DNA of 46,019 bases from Chthonomonadales bacterium (GCA_049967475.1 JBMFSQ010000018.1:21433-67451), one strand, 5' to 3'; counted from the first letter of the stretch, positions 11,093 through 21,313 are shown. The notes: generated by a model not told the origin, from the sequence alone. Made by a program: numbers and translations.

Positions 11093-11944
11093 TTGGAAGA
11101 CGAAGAAGGGGCACGGGATCTTACGCCCCTTGAAGACACCATCGAGGCCGAGCTGGCGCCTGCCATTCCCGAGGAGCCGATAACGGCGCCCGAGAGCAGA
11201 GAGGCAGGCGACCGCAGCATCGAGCGCGGACACGTAGGGGAGGCCATCCGCCAGTATCGCCGCGCGGTACAGATGCAGGCAAATGACGCCGACTATCGCA
11301 CTACCCTGGGGGATGCCTATGCCTACGCCGACTTGGGCGCCAAGGCGGTAACCCAATACCGCAAGGCCATCAAGATCAGCCCCAGGCGGGCGGCGCCCCA
11401 CTTCAGTTTGGCAGAACTGCTGCGCCGTTTCGGGAAGCTCCATGCTGCCGTCGCCGAGTACCGCCTGGCAGCGCAGCTCAATTCTACCAATGCCTTCTAC
11501 CGGTACAAACTTGGAGATGCCCTCTGCGCTTTGGGCCGCCTGGACGAAGCCTTGCCCGAGCTGGAGGCCGCACGGGACCTGGAGCCGCACAACGGCTTCT
11601 ACCACTTTTGGCTTGGAGACCTTTACGGTCGCCTTGGGCGGGTTGCCGAAGCCGTCATCGAGATGCAGCAGGCCACCATCTTTGCGCCGGTGGACGATTA
11701 TTACAATGTGCGGCTGGGGTTGCTCTACCTCCAGATGGGCTGCGCCGCGGACGCGGTGCACGCATTCCGCACAGCCCTGCGCATCGCGCCGGATAACGCT
11801 TCCTACCACTGCCTCCTGGGCGATGCTTACTCGCGCCTGGGACGCCATGCTCAGGCACGGGCCCACTACCGCTTCGCGGGGCGCCTGGACCCTTATGACA
11901 CGGCCTACGTGGAGCGGATGCGCCAACTGGCTCTAGAAGAGTAG
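11093..11944 (+). CDS. Tetratricopeptide-repeat protein
   Basis: About 6-7 tandem TPRs. Start uncertain; an in-frame TTG at 11093 follows AGGAG. Confidence 0.8.
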   Translation: MEDEEGARDLTPLEDTIEAELAPAIPEEPITAPESREAGDRSIERGHVGEAIRQYRRAVQMQANDADYRTTLGDAYAYADLGAKAVTQYRKAIKISPRRAAPHFSLAELLRRFGKLHAAVAEYRLAAQLNSTNAFYRYKLGDALCALGRLDEALPELEAARDLEPHNGFYHFWLGDLYGRLGRVAEAVIEMQQATIFAPVDDYYNVRLGLLYLQMGCAADAVHAFRTALRIAPDNASYHCLLGDAYSRLGRHAQARAHYRFAGRLDPYDTAYVERMRQLALEE

Positions 11945-12029
11945 CCCGGGGCACCCCTCTGGTGCAATGCATCCGGCAGCGCTATAATAAGCATGAGGGT
12001 TGGATTGCGTGCAGAAGGAGGGAACGACG

Positions 12030-12470
12030 ATGTTCTCCAAGATACTCTTGGCATCCGACGGCTCAGACTGTGCCCTAAAAGCAGCGCGCGTTGCCGCTGA
12101 TCTTGCCTCCAAATACAACGGCACCGTTACCGTGCTCAACGTTTTCAGCATGCCCGCTTCCTTCGTTCCTCTGGCTGGTATGCCGGGCTTCGAGATGGAC
12201 CCCGCCGCCGTAAACCACTATGCCGACCATGTGCGCGATGCCGTGGCCCGGCGAACCGGCAAGGTACTCGAGGAGCATGGAGTGCCCTACGACACGCGCC
12301 AAGTCATCGGCCACCCTGCGGAAACCATCGTGAATGTGGCCGAGAGCGAACATTATGATCTCATCGTTGTGGGCAGCCGCGGTCTCAGCGGCATCAAGGG
12401 CTTCCTGCTGGGGAGCGTGTCCGACCGGGTGGCCCATCATGCCCACTGCCCGGTGTTGATCGTCAAATGA
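12030..12470 (+). CDS. Universal stress protein
   Basis: FSKILLASDGS, DLIVVGSRG, LLGSVSDRVAHHAHCPVLIVK. AAGGAGG SD; TATAAT at 11983-11988. Confidence 0.95.
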   Translation: MFSKILLASDGSDCALKAARVAADLASKYNGTVTVLNVFSMPASFVPLAGMPGFEMDPAAVNHYADHVRDAVARRTGKVLEEHGVPYDTRQVIGHPAETIVNVAESEHYDLIVVGSRGLSGIKGFLLGSVSDRVAHHAHCPVLIVK

Positions 12471-12541
12471 TGCGGATGCCCCAAGGAGGACGCAGCCTGC
12501 GCGCCGCCCTGGGGCATCCGCCAATACCGCCCGCCGGCACG

Positions 12542-13561
12542 CTATGCCAGGGGAAGCGTAACGGTAACCCCCCGGTCGGCTGAACGCTTGCCCGCCTCGA
12601 GGATCTCCTGGGCATCGCGGCTTACTTCCATGGAGCAGAAGCCCTCTATTTTTGCGCCGGTTTGCAGGCAATGGAGCAGGTATTCAGGCGCGCTCCGCCG
12701 AGGAGCTTCAGTCGGCGGCGCCTCCAGCGTTTGGGCATCCTTGCCGGCCCGCTGGATGGTCACGGTCTTTCCGTTCACGGCGATGGAACCCTCCACCCCA
12801 TAGGCCACAGGATTGGGGGTAGCATAGGGAACCTTCTGCGTCCACGAAGCCTCTGCCACACCGAAGGCGTGGGAGTACTTCATGAGAATAATGGCGTTGT
12901 CATCGGGAACGGGGTAATCCTTCACGAAGACGCCGCGAAAACCCGTCACCTTCTGGGGAAGGCCCATGAAGCGGGCGCACATGTCGGCCGAATAGCAGCA
13001 GTAGTCCATCAACGCTCCGGCGCCGTTGAGCTCTTCGTCATACAGCCACTTCCAAAAATAAGGCGAGCAGCCTATCTCTTTGGGACCGTTGTGGGCGCTG
13101 CGCTGCTTGAAGTAGATGAGGGGGCCGATCTCGCCGGCCAGGATGCGCCGCTCCATCTCCTGGATCGCCGGGGACCAGGCCGTGGGCCAATTGATCATCA
13201 ACAGGATCTTGTGCTGCTGCGCCGCCCGGACCATTCGGTTTGCCTGCTCCAGTGTGGCGCTCATCGGCTTCTCGCTCACTACATGGATGGATCGCGCTGC
13301 ACATGCCTCCACGATGTCGGCCGCGACAGCGTTCTCCGATGCAGCCTGGACGATATCCAGCTCTTCCCGCTCCAGCATTTCCTGCCAGCTCGCATATACC
13401 CGCGGGACGCCAAACTCATGCTGGATCTTCCGGCGAAGCTCTTCGTTCACGTCTCCGGCCGCCACGATCTCCACGTTGGGGAGTGCCGCCCAGTGGCGCA
13501 ACTCGCCCCACACATGGTCGTGAACCATAGACGCTACTCCTACCCGGTACTTTCTGTTCAT
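12542..13561 (-). CDS. Gfo/Idh/MocA family oxidoreductase
   Basis: Start MNRKYRVGV (13561, GAGGTG SD); HVVSEKPM and GAGALMDYCCY motifs. Confidence 0.9.
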   Translation of the reverse strand: MNRKYRVGVASMVHDHVWGELRHWAALPNVEIVAAGDVNEELRRKIQHEFGVPRVYASWQEMLEREELDIVQAASENAVAADIVEACAARSIHVVSEKPMSATLEQANRMVRAAQQHKILLMINWPTAWSPAIQEMERRILAGEIGPLIYFKQRSAHNGPKEIGCSPYFWKWLYDEELNGAGALMDYCCYSADMCARFMGLPQKVTGFRGVFVKDYPVPDDNAIILMKYSHAFGVAEASWTQKVPYATPNPVAYGVEGSIAVNGKTVTIQRAGKDAQTLEAPPTEAPRRSAPEYLLHCLQTGAKIEGFCSMEVSRDAQEILEAGKRSADRGVTVTLPLA

Positions 13562-13721
13562 CTGGCACACCTCGAGGATCAGATTGCAGCCCGCCCGCCG
13601 GCTGCGCCCAAGGGCACAAACCATCCATAATGGAGAGCAGGTCGCACTCGGTGCACACTTCGCCCCGGCAAGGGCAAACCCCTGCATGGAGCGTGCGGCT
13701 GAAGAAAGGACGACGAAGGAT

Positions 13722-14834
13722 ATGGTCGGCTGGTGGATCGCGACGGTGTGGGTGCTTTGCGGGATGCAAGATGCGCGGAAGCAGCCGCCCCTGCCCGATC
13801 CGCTGGTACTCCGGGCTCGGATAGCCCTTCCCGGCTCTATAGTGCGCATCGCCGCAGGAGATTTTGCCGGGGACGGACACGATCGAGTGGCGACGCTGCA
13901 AACCTCTTCGGGCGCGTACACTCTCAGCGTGTACCGATGGGACAAGTCTTCTTACAAGCTGGAGTGGAGCAGCGCTACCAGCATACCGCAACCGCTGCTG
14001 GCCGGCGGCCGCTTTGCCGGCAAGGGCCCTGCCGTGCTGGTTACGCCTGTGGGGTGGGTCGGCTGGAACGGCTCCTCCTACGTAGAGCACCGTTTTCCCC
14101 AACCCGTGGAACCTGTGGGAATGGTTGCGGGCCGCGACGGGCAAGATTTGGTGGTGATGCGCGCGGGTACGGAGTTTGCCCTCATGCGCATCCGGCCCGA
14201 TGCGCCCGGCGGAGGTATGCTGGAAAAGGTTGACGGGCCGGGTGACGGCAGCGCCTATCGCTTCGGCATCCTCCACGCGTCTCCGGCAGCTCTGGGGGCG
14301 GCTCTGCCGGCAGAATTGGCGGAGGCCGGGATCCTTGGCCTTTGGGACCTGCACGAGGATGGCCATCCCCTGCGGTTCGCTGTGCGCACCACATCATCCG
14401 ACACGAACCCCGTATGGAACGTAGTTCTGCTCCGCCCACCGGATGAAGCCGCAGCGCCGGGTAATGCTCCCCCGCAGGAGATCTGGCGGAGCAAAGATGA
14501 GCCGGGTACTGTGGGCGACGTAGCGCTGGGAGATCCTGCGGGTGAGGGGACACGGAACCTCCTCGTATTGGCGGGCACTCCGGGCACGCTCCAACGGCGT
14601 CTGTTCGTCTTTGCGCCGGCACCGAAGGCGCCGAGGGCAGGCACAACGGGCACCCCCGCGTTGAGGCCGGCGCGCGGCGGAGTGCCGATGCACTACCTCA
14701 AGGCGAACTCAGCGCCGTCCAGCCCCCAATCGTTGCCGAAGAAGCCGGCGGCGCGCACGGCAGGCCAGCCTCGAGCAAGCATCTCCGATGTCAGCACGGT
14801 GAAGTCGGGATATGCCACACCGGAAAGGAAGTAG
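13722..14834 (+). CDS. Hypothetical secreted protein with an FG-GAP-like motif
   Basis: Hydrophobic N-terminus MVGWWIATVWVLCG; AAGDFAGDGHD motif. The 3' end overlaps the opposite-strand gene, so the C-terminus is uncertain. Confidence 0.6.
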   Translation: MVGWWIATVWVLCGMQDARKQPPLPDPLVLRARIALPGSIVRIAAGDFAGDGHDRVATLQTSSGAYTLSVYRWDKSSYKLEWSSATSIPQPLLAGGRFAGKGPAVLVTPVGWVGWNGSSYVEHRFPQPVEPVGMVAGRDGQDLVVMRAGTEFALMRIRPDAPGGGMLEKVDGPGDGSAYRFGILHASPAALGAALPAELAEAGILGLWDLHEDGHPLRFAVRTTSSDTNPVWNVVLLRPPDEAAAPGNAPPQEIWRSKDEPGTVGDVALGDPAGEGTRNLLVLAGTPGTLQRRLFVFAPAPKAPRAGTTGTPALRPARGGVPMHYLKANSAPSSPQSLPKKPAARTAGQPRASISDVSTVKSGYATPERK

Positions 14835-17161
14835 TTAAGGCGGTCGGTGAGCCTCATTCCCGGGAGGCCCGTGCCGGACACCGCGGCCACATATGCCGTG
14901 GAGCTTCCGGGCCGGGGCCGAACGAACAGGCATGCCAAATCCGGTCTGGAGAGCACCGTCGCCCCGATGGTCACGCCCTTCCCGTCTACCTGTACCGGGC
15001 TGTCGCCGAGGAGCTTATTCCAGGCCAGGTTCGTGGTTCGGTTGCCGTAGAGGATCACAGACCGGTTGGGGTTGCCGGCGGGGTCGAAGTCGTGGTCCGC
15101 CACAACGTCCACGGATCCGTTGCCGCGGTACCAAAAGGTTTCAGCGTCGTAGCGCGCTTTGGCGAAGGACCAAGCATTTTCCTCTGGGGTGCCCGCTGTG
15201 CCGTAAACGAAGAGCATGTGGTGCCGGAAGGCGTCTTTGAAGGGGCCGTACCGCCTGGGGTTCTTCCATGCAGGCGGGGCAGGCTGAGCGACCTCCCACG
15301 TTCCGCCCCGGCGCTGAAGTTCGATGCGGCCGCTGTTGGGCCAGGCTGCTGTGACGCGGGCGCCATCCAACTCTACGGACACGCCCGATCCGGCTTCCAT
15401 GAGCCCGTGCAGCGTGAAAGCCAGGCGCTCCACATTCTGCGTAGCCCCAGTGAAGCGCCGGCGCCCGGGATCCACCTGGATGGACACGCTGCTCACCTGA
15501 AGAGGATGCGTCTGCTGGAGGATCTGCACCCAGTGAGAACGCGCAGAGATGCCCGGATTGGGCGTTAGGAACTCCACCCTCCGCACCTGGTCGTCGGACG
15601 GGATGACGTGGTGGGCGAAGAGATCGAACATGGGGGCCCAATCCACGCAGTCGGCGCCGGGTTCGTCGGAGGCGTCCCACCAGTGGCCGGCGCCAGGCTG
15701 CTCGTGGTACGTGAAATCGTGGTGGAAGGCGCTCAGGACGCGCACCATTTCGCGGGCCTCGGTCACGGGCACGTTGTCGTCGGCGGCACCGTGAAGGATA
15801 TAGATGCCTTCCTGAAGGTAGTTCCTTGCGAGGGCCAGCGTGTCCGAAGAAGCTGCCGCCCGAGCCATCATGGCTGCGATGCGGTCACCCGACGGGAAGC
15901 GGGCACCTCCGGCATAGGATTGGAAGCTGATCCAACCTGCGCTGGGCCCGATGGCGGCAAAGAGGCTCGGGAAGAGGGCGCCGATCTGCCACGTGCCGTG
16001 CCCTCCCATGGAGTGTCCGGTGAGGTATGTCCGAGCGGGGTCGGTATGGAGGCGGATGCGGGCGTGTTGAAGCACCTCCAATGCATCCAGGCGACCCCAG
16101 TCTTCCCAATCGAAGCCGAAGGGCCGGCGGTTCGTAGGGGCTACGAGCACTCCCCATGGCTTCGGTTCGTAGGCTTCCGCCTGGCCGATTGCTTCCACGC
16201 CGGCCCCGTGGAGGGTTAGGAAGAGGGCAGGAGCCCGGCGATCCTGTTGAGGTTCCCAGGTACTCGGAGGGTTCACTGCATAGTATTGGACGCTCCCATC
16301 TATCTCGCTGAGGAAGGTGGTCTTGTAGGGCGCATGGGGGTTTCGCACGCGCAGAGACAGTGCGGCCTCACTGACGGCACGGCTGGATCCCGGCATGTAG
16401 AGCGCGAGGTGCAAAAGCTGGACACCCTCGTTGGCCGGCGCTCTGCCTGCTATGAAGAAGGGGACCTTCCTCATGCTGAAGGGGGCGATGGAGGGCACCG
16501 GATGCACGGATGAACCCATGCGGTTCGGCAATTCGGCCCGGATGCGTGCGCCCGTGATGCGCCTGGGAGTAGCATTCAACACGAGGACGGCGCCCCAGGA
16601 ATGCACGGACTCGCCGACGCGCAGATCAGGCAGTGTAGTGTCGTGGGTGTCCAAGGACACGGGAGCGGGGGGATGAACGAGCCGCGGGCGGATGCGGCCA
16701 TCGCGCCCGAATTGAAAAAGGAGGTCGTTGCGACCTGCCTTGAGCAGGATAGGGAGGCGTGTGATCCCGGAGTTGTACACGTCGCCCACTCGGGGTTCGC
16801 CGTTCACATAAACCAGGGCGGCGCCGTTGGGCTGCAGAAGCGCTGCTTCGGCGCGAGGTTCATCCACTGCAAAGTAGGCATAGCCTCCGGCGTAGCCGTC
16901 GCCGCCGAAGGAAGCGTCGGGGTTGCGGGACATCGCCGCCCAAGTTTGCGGAGTGCCGCCCGGGACTTCCACTCGATCACCCGGTTTTGGCGGCCTCCAT
17001 GCGCCGGACACCAGCAGAGCCTCCACGGCATCGGTGTGGACGGGCGATCTGCCGCCTCTCCCCACAGCGCGGATGGCGACGCAGCGGTCCGGGAGCGCGA
17101 TTTCGGCGGGTGGGCTAACAGGCCCGCCTAGCGGATGAACGAGGGAAAAGAGAAGGAACAC
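14693..17161 (-). CDS. Large secreted alpha/beta hydrolase (S9 peptidase/esterase-like)
   Basis: LHGAG, nucleophile motif GHSMGGHG, HGAADDNVP (Asp), GAGHWW (His). Confidence 0.85.
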   Translation of the reverse strand: MFLLFSLVHPLGGPVSPPAEIALPDRCVAIRAVGRGGRSPVHTDAVEALLVSGAWRPPKPGDRVEVPGGTPQTWAAMSRNPDASFGGDGYAGGYAYFAVDEPRAEAALLQPNGAALVYVNGEPRVGDVYNSGITRLPILLKAGRNDLLFQFGRDGRIRPRLVHPPAPVSLDTHDTTLPDLRVGESVHSWGAVLVLNATPRRITGARIRAELPNRMGSSVHPVPSIAPFSMRKVPFFIAGRAPANEGVQLLHLALYMPGSSRAVSEAALSLRVRNPHAPYKTTFLSEIDGSVQYYAVNPPSTWEPQQDRRAPALFLTLHGAGVEAIGQAEAYEPKPWGVLVAPTNRRPFGFDWEDWGRLDALEVLQHARIRLHTDPARTYLTGHSMGGHGTWQIGALFPSLFAAIGPSAGWISFQSYAGGARFPSGDRIAAMMARAAASSDTLALARNYLQEGIYILHGAADDNVPVTEAREMVRVLSAFHHDFTYHEQPGAGHWWDASDEPGADCVDWAPMFDLFAHHVIPSDDQVRRVEFLTPNPGISARSHWVQILQQTHPLQVSSVSIQVDPGRRRFTGATQNVERLAFTLHGLMEAGSGVSVELDGARVTAAWPNSGRIELQRRGGTWEVAQPAPPAWKNPRRYGPFKDAFRHHMLFVYGTAGTPEENAWSFAKARYDAETFWYRGNGSVDVVADHDFDPAGNPNRSVILYGNRTTNLAWNKLLGDSPVQVDGKGVTIGATVLSRPDLACLFVRPRPGSSTAYVAAVSGTGLPGMRLTDRLNYFLSGVAYPDFTVLTSEMLARGWPAVRAAGFFGNDWGLDGAEFALR

Positions 17162-17254
17162 GGTGCGCCTCCCGGAAGATGATGGCCGGCGGCTCGAGAT
17201 GCTGCCGGGTGGGAGGTTCGCGCTGGGAGGCGCATTCCCCTTCTGCGGATCCGG

Positions 17255-19195
17255 CTAACTCCCCGCGCCGATGCGCTGGGCGTAGAGGCTCGCCTCCTCC
17301 CATTCGGCCAAAGCAGCCTGCAGTTCCGCACGGGCGGCGTCATAATCGCGCGCCAACCGCACGACGTCTTCGCCGGGAAGCGGCGCGGCCAGGGCCTCCT
17401 CGATGCGCTTCACCCAATCCTCGGCGGCGGCTACCCGCTCCTCGAGCGCTTGCACGTTCCGCGCCGCCCTTCGCCGCTCCCTGGCGAGTTGGAAGGAGTT
17501 CATGCCGTGTGTAGGACTTCGAGAAGGCTCTGCCGAAGGCCGGGTGGGTGCGGATTGCACGGGTCCGGACCGGTACAAGGGAGGCTTGCCCAACTCCTTA
17601 TGCCGGCGATATTGGGAGTAATTCCCCGAATAGAGCGACAGCACGCCGCCTTCCAGCTCCAGAGTGTGATTGGTGGTGCGGTCGAGGAGGTAGCGGTCGT
17701 GCGAGATCAGAAGGAGAGTTCCGCCATATTCCGCCAGCATCTCTGCCAGGGCTTCCCGAGACGCGATATCCAGATGGTTGGTGGGTTCATCCAGTATCAG
17801 AAGGTTCGGCCGAAGCCACGTGAGCTGCGCCAGTACGAGGCGGTTCTTCTCGCCGCCGGAAAGGAGGGACACCGGCTTGAAGACATCATCGCCCTTGAAG
17901 AGGAAGCGGCCCAAATGAGCACGAGCCGCTGCCGGATCCGTCTCCCCTGCGGCAAACATATTCTCCAAAACGCTCGCGTCGGCATCGAGTTCCGAGGCTT
18001 CTTGGGCGAAGTACCCCAAAGTAACTGAAGCTCCCAAGCGCACGCTCCCGGATGTAGGCCGCTCCTTGCCGATGATGAGGCGCACGAGGGTGGACTTGCC
18101 TGCGCCGTTGGGGCCTACGATGCCTAGCCGCATGCCCCTGGGGATTACAAGGGACGCCTCGGTGAAGAGCGGCATCCCTTCGAAACGCTTGGTGACACGG
18201 TCCAGTTCTACCACTTCATTACCCGACCGAGTGTGCGTCTGGAGGCGGATGCGCAACGGAGCGCCCGATCCGGAAGGCTTAGGCGGCATCTTCTCCTGGA
18301 TGCGCTCGGCCCATTTCAGGCGTGCGGCCGCTTGCGACCTGCGCCGCGGGGTATTCTTCCATTTTTCGTAGAATTCCAGGAGGCGCTGCACTTCCCGCTC
18401 TTGCCTCTGCCACGTGTCCCGCTCCAAAGCCTCGTTCTGCTGCTTCTGCCGGCGGTATGCCGAGAAGTTGCCGCGATAGAGCGTAAGGCGGCCGTTCTCC
18501 AATTCTGCGATGGACGCCGCCACGCGATCCAGAAAATAACGGTCGTGAGACACTAAAATGAGGGCTCCGGCGAAGTGCTCCAGGAACTGTTCGAGCCATT
18601 CGGTAGCCTGGAGGTCCAGGTGGTTGGTGGGTTCGTCCAGGAGGAGGACGTCGGGGGCGCTGAGGATGAGCGAAGCCAGGGCCAGGCGCGTTTTTTGACC
18701 TCCGGAGAGCGCCGCTACGGGTTTTTGCTGATCCTCTTGTGAAAAGCCCAGGCGCTCCAACACCTTCCCGATATCCCGAAGGCTTTCATAGCCCCCCATG
18801 GCCTCCCAACGGTCATGAAGGCGAGTATATTCCTCCAGAACAGTGTGGAGGCGATCCGCCGAAGCCACAGCCATCTCCTCGTGAAGGCGTTGAAGCTTCG
18901 CCTCCAACTCGCGCACAGGAGCGAACGCAGCCTGAGCTTCTTCGTACACTGTGCGGCCGGGATGCACCATCTGCTCCTGCTTCAGGTAGCCCAGCCGCAC
19001 GCCCTGAGCTAAGCGCACCGAACCGCGATCCGCCTCCATTTGCCCTGCGAGGATGCGCATCAGCGTCGTCTTGCCGCAGCCGTTGGGCCCCACCAACCCC
19101 AACTTTTGGCCCCATGCAAGGCGCAAGTTGACGCCCCGAAGCAGTTCGTTGACTCCGAAGGATTTCTCCAGGCTTTCTACAATGAGCACGCTCAT
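17255..19195 (-). CDS. ABC-F family ribosome-associated ATPase
   Basis: Two NBDs (GPNGCGKT / LSGGQ / LLDEPTNHLD and GPNGAGKS / LSGGE / ILDEPTNHLD), no TM segments, C-terminal coiled coil. Start MSVLIVES at 19195. Confidence 0.95.
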   Translation of the reverse strand: MSVLIVESLEKSFGVNELLRGVNLRLAWGQKLGLVGPNGCGKTTLMRILAGQMEADRGSVRLAQGVRLGYLKQEQMVHPGRTVYEEAQAAFAPVRELEAKLQRLHEEMAVASADRLHTVLEEYTRLHDRWEAMGGYESLRDIGKVLERLGFSQEDQQKPVAALSGGQKTRLALASLILSAPDVLLLDEPTNHLDLQATEWLEQFLEHFAGALILVSHDRYFLDRVAASIAELENGRLTLYRGNFSAYRRQKQQNEALERDTWQRQEREVQRLLEFYEKWKNTPRRRSQAAARLKWAERIQEKMPPKPSGSGAPLRIRLQTHTRSGNEVVELDRVTKRFEGMPLFTEASLVIPRGMRLGIVGPNGAGKSTLVRLIIGKERPTSGSVRLGASVTLGYFAQEASELDADASVLENMFAAGETDPAAARAHLGRFLFKGDDVFKPVSLLSGGEKNRLVLAQLTWLRPNLLILDEPTNHLDIASREALAEMLAEYGGTLLLISHDRYLLDRTTNHTLELEGGVLSLYSGNYSQYRRHKELGKPPLYRSGPVQSAPTRPSAEPSRSPTHGMNSFQLARERRRAARNVQALEERVAAAEDWVKRIEEALAAPLPGEDVVRLARDYDAARAELQAALAEWEEASLYAQRIGAGS

Positions 19196-19306
19196 GGTGG
19201 GTGGCGCAGCCGTGCAGCCGGCAAACCTTCGGCGCACGGCCGGGCAGGTGAACGCAAGGATCCGACGAGAGGGATATGCGTGGGGTGCACGGAATTCGCC
19301 CGGCTC

Positions 19307-19336
19307 ATTATACGCAGTGGGCGCAGGCGGTGTCAA
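19307..19336 (-). promoter_or_regulatory. Consensus sigma70 promoter for the ABC-F gene
   Basis: Minus strand TTGACA-18 nt-TATAAT, both hexamers perfect. Confidence 0.85.
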
Positions 19337-19448
19337 ACAGCGTAGAAGATCTTGGGGGAGGCTCACGGCGCAGGGGAAGGATCCACGTTCCGCACCAAAG
19401 CCTGTACCAAATGAAGCGCGCCTCCGGAGCTGCAAGCGCCGGGGAGCG

Positions 19449-19784
19449 TCATTCGGCTGACGCGGTTATTTCGATCTCGATGGCCGGCTCGTAGATGCGC
19501 GTCATTCCGTCGGAAGCCAGCGCCTGAAAGCGGAAAACGAGGGTGTAGTAGCCAGGGGACAGGGTCGCCGCATCCAGATTGTACCAAACCCGTGGAGCGG
19601 CCTGGGCTCCGACGTCGTAGCCTGTGGCGGCGATGTTATTGAAGCCCGGCAGTGCGGCGTCGGCCGCATCGTAGAGGGTGCACGTAGGGGCGCCGTTGAT
19701 TGTGAGGGTGCCCGATGCGGCCGTTATCTGGCCGTAAAGGGGGCGCTTCTCACCCGATCGCATGCGCACAAAGGCATCCGGCAT
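19449..19784 (-). CDS. Small beta-rich (Ig-like) putative virion protein
   Basis: ATG 19784 after AAGGAGGG; 111 aa; ...LSPGYYTLVFRF... beta-sandwich pattern; last gene of the cluster. Confidence 0.6.
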   Translation of the reverse strand: MPDAFVRMRSGEKRPLYGQITAASGTLTINGAPTCTLYDAADAALPGFNNIAATGYDVGAQAAPRVWYNLDAATLSPGYYTLVFRFQALASDGMTRIYEPAIEIEITASAE

Positions 19785-19828
19785 TTGCAGAACCCTCCTT
19801 GAAGGAATGAGGATCGGCGTCCCGGCGA

Positions 19829-20686
19829 TTACCCGCCGGACCGCTCCACGGCATCTCCGTAGGCGGTGCGGTTCGATCCGTCGGCAGAAGCGGCGCGCTG
19901 GGAAAGGACGAGACTCTCCCCGTACGTGGTGATGATGCCGCTCCTCCCGGGCCGCCGCGGCGCAGAAAATACGGAATAAGGGTGTACGGTGAGGTTCACA
20001 ATAGCGCCGTCCGAGAGGGCCTGATCCCATATCATGAGGCATTCGATAACGCCGGAGAACGGCTCCGAATAGACGTCATCGAAGCGGCCCAGGAACAGGC
20101 GCGAGCCGTCTGTCTTGCGCGTACCGGCCCACGCATCGCCGGGAGTGCGCAGACCGTCCACGAAGAGGTCGAGCCCTCCGCCCACGCGGATGCGCCCCAC
20201 CAGCAGATGCCATCCCGGCATGACCCCATCGCCCGAAGATGCGCGGCGCGTGTTGAGGGAGGTGTCCGTTACGGCCCATTCCCAGCGATTGGCCGCATTG
20301 AGGCATAGGAGCCATTCCGCGTAACCGGCTACTCCTGCCGGCCGGGTTACGATGCGCCGGGCAGTACCCGATCCGGACCCGTCCCAATAGATGCGGGCGA
20401 GGAGCGTTTGGTCTCCGGTGAACGAGTACGCGCCGGGTGCCGACGTGAACGCCACGTACTGGCCTGCGGCAGTGCGGATGCCTCCGCCGCCGGGAGACCC
20501 GCACCAAACCGCTCCAGACACCGCTCCTTGGATCCCGGGCCGCAGAATGTCCGCCACGGTGGCTCCGCCGACTTCCTGCAAGAGGATGGCTGCCACGGGT
20601 GCCGGCAACTGGGGGTTTAGGGTGCGCACTCCCAGGGGCGGCTTGGCGCTGCCGGCATGCGTGGGGTGAAAGGATGGAGCTGCCAT
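19829..20686 (-). CDS. LamG/concanavalin-A-like domain protein, putative virion adhesin
   Basis: WHLLVG...LDLFVDG...LFLGR...FSGVIECLMIWDQALS is the typical LamG-3 signature. Confidence 0.8.
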   Translation of the reverse strand: MAAPSFHPTHAGSAKPPLGVRTLNPQLPAPVAAILLQEVGGATVADILRPGIQGAVSGAVWCGSPGGGGIRTAAGQYVAFTSAPGAYSFTGDQTLLARIYWDGSGSGTARRIVTRPAGVAGYAEWLLCLNAANRWEWAVTDTSLNTRRASSGDGVMPGWHLLVGRIRVGGGLDLFVDGLRTPGDAWAGTRKTDGSRLFLGRFDDVYSEPFSGVIECLMIWDQALSDGAIVNLTVHPYSVFSAPRRPGRSGIITTYGESLVLSQRAASADGSNRTAYGDAVERSGG

Positions 20687-20689
20687 CGC

Positions 20690-21313
20690 CTAGGCCACGA
20701 GGTCGCTGTCGTAGGTCTGGGCCACGGCTTGAACAGCATAATCGCTCCCGGATGCAGCAGCCCCATAATCCACGACCAGTTCCCATAGAGCGCCTCCGCC
20801 TAGCCACACGGGCGGCGGCAATTCCGCGAGGCGAGACACCCCGTCGCCTTGGGCGGCCGTGTGGCTGTAACCCAGGGGCGCATCCATTACGAGCCATGAT
20901 GCTCCAATGGAGCTTATTCGCCCGAATTCCAGCCGGGTGTACGCCGCGTCGTAGATGCACACGAGATCCCCAAGAGCAAAGCCCGCAATGGAAGCCACGC
21001 TCAGCAGGTTCTGGCCGGCAAGGCTGTCGGCGCTGACGGTGGTGGCGGCACCCGCGGCGCTGCTGGTGTCGGGGAGAGCGATAAAGGCTGCGGGATGACC
21101 TCCGCCCGGACCCCCGTTGTTGAGCAACCGGCGCACCAGGGTCTTGATAGGGGATGCCGGAGCGGCAGTCCCCTTGCGTCCCAATCGTACAAATAGGAAC
21201 GCACCGCGCTTGGTGCGCAGATCCAGAGTAGCCCGAAGCCGGCCTCCGTAGGAGAGCGTGGTTGCCGGCAAAACGGCGACGTTGTCCGTCCACTGTTCGG
21301 TGATGGTGGGCAT
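20690..21313 (-). CDS. Putative virion structural/decoration protein
   Basis: AGGAGGT SD; contains TTVSADSLAGQNLLSVASIAGFALGDLVCI...E...PLGYSH, a beta-module pattern I associate with phage structural proteins. Confidence 0.6.
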   Translation of the reverse strand: MPTITEQWTDNVAVLPATTLSYGGRLRATLDLRTKRGAFLFVRLGRKGTAAPASPIKTLVRRLLNNGGPGGGHPAAFIALPDTSSAAGAATTVSADSLAGQNLLSVASIAGFALGDLVCIYDAAYTRLEFGRISSIGASWLVMDAPLGYSHTAAQGDGVSRLAELPPPVWLGGGALWELVVDYGAAASGSDYAVQAVAQTYDSDLVA

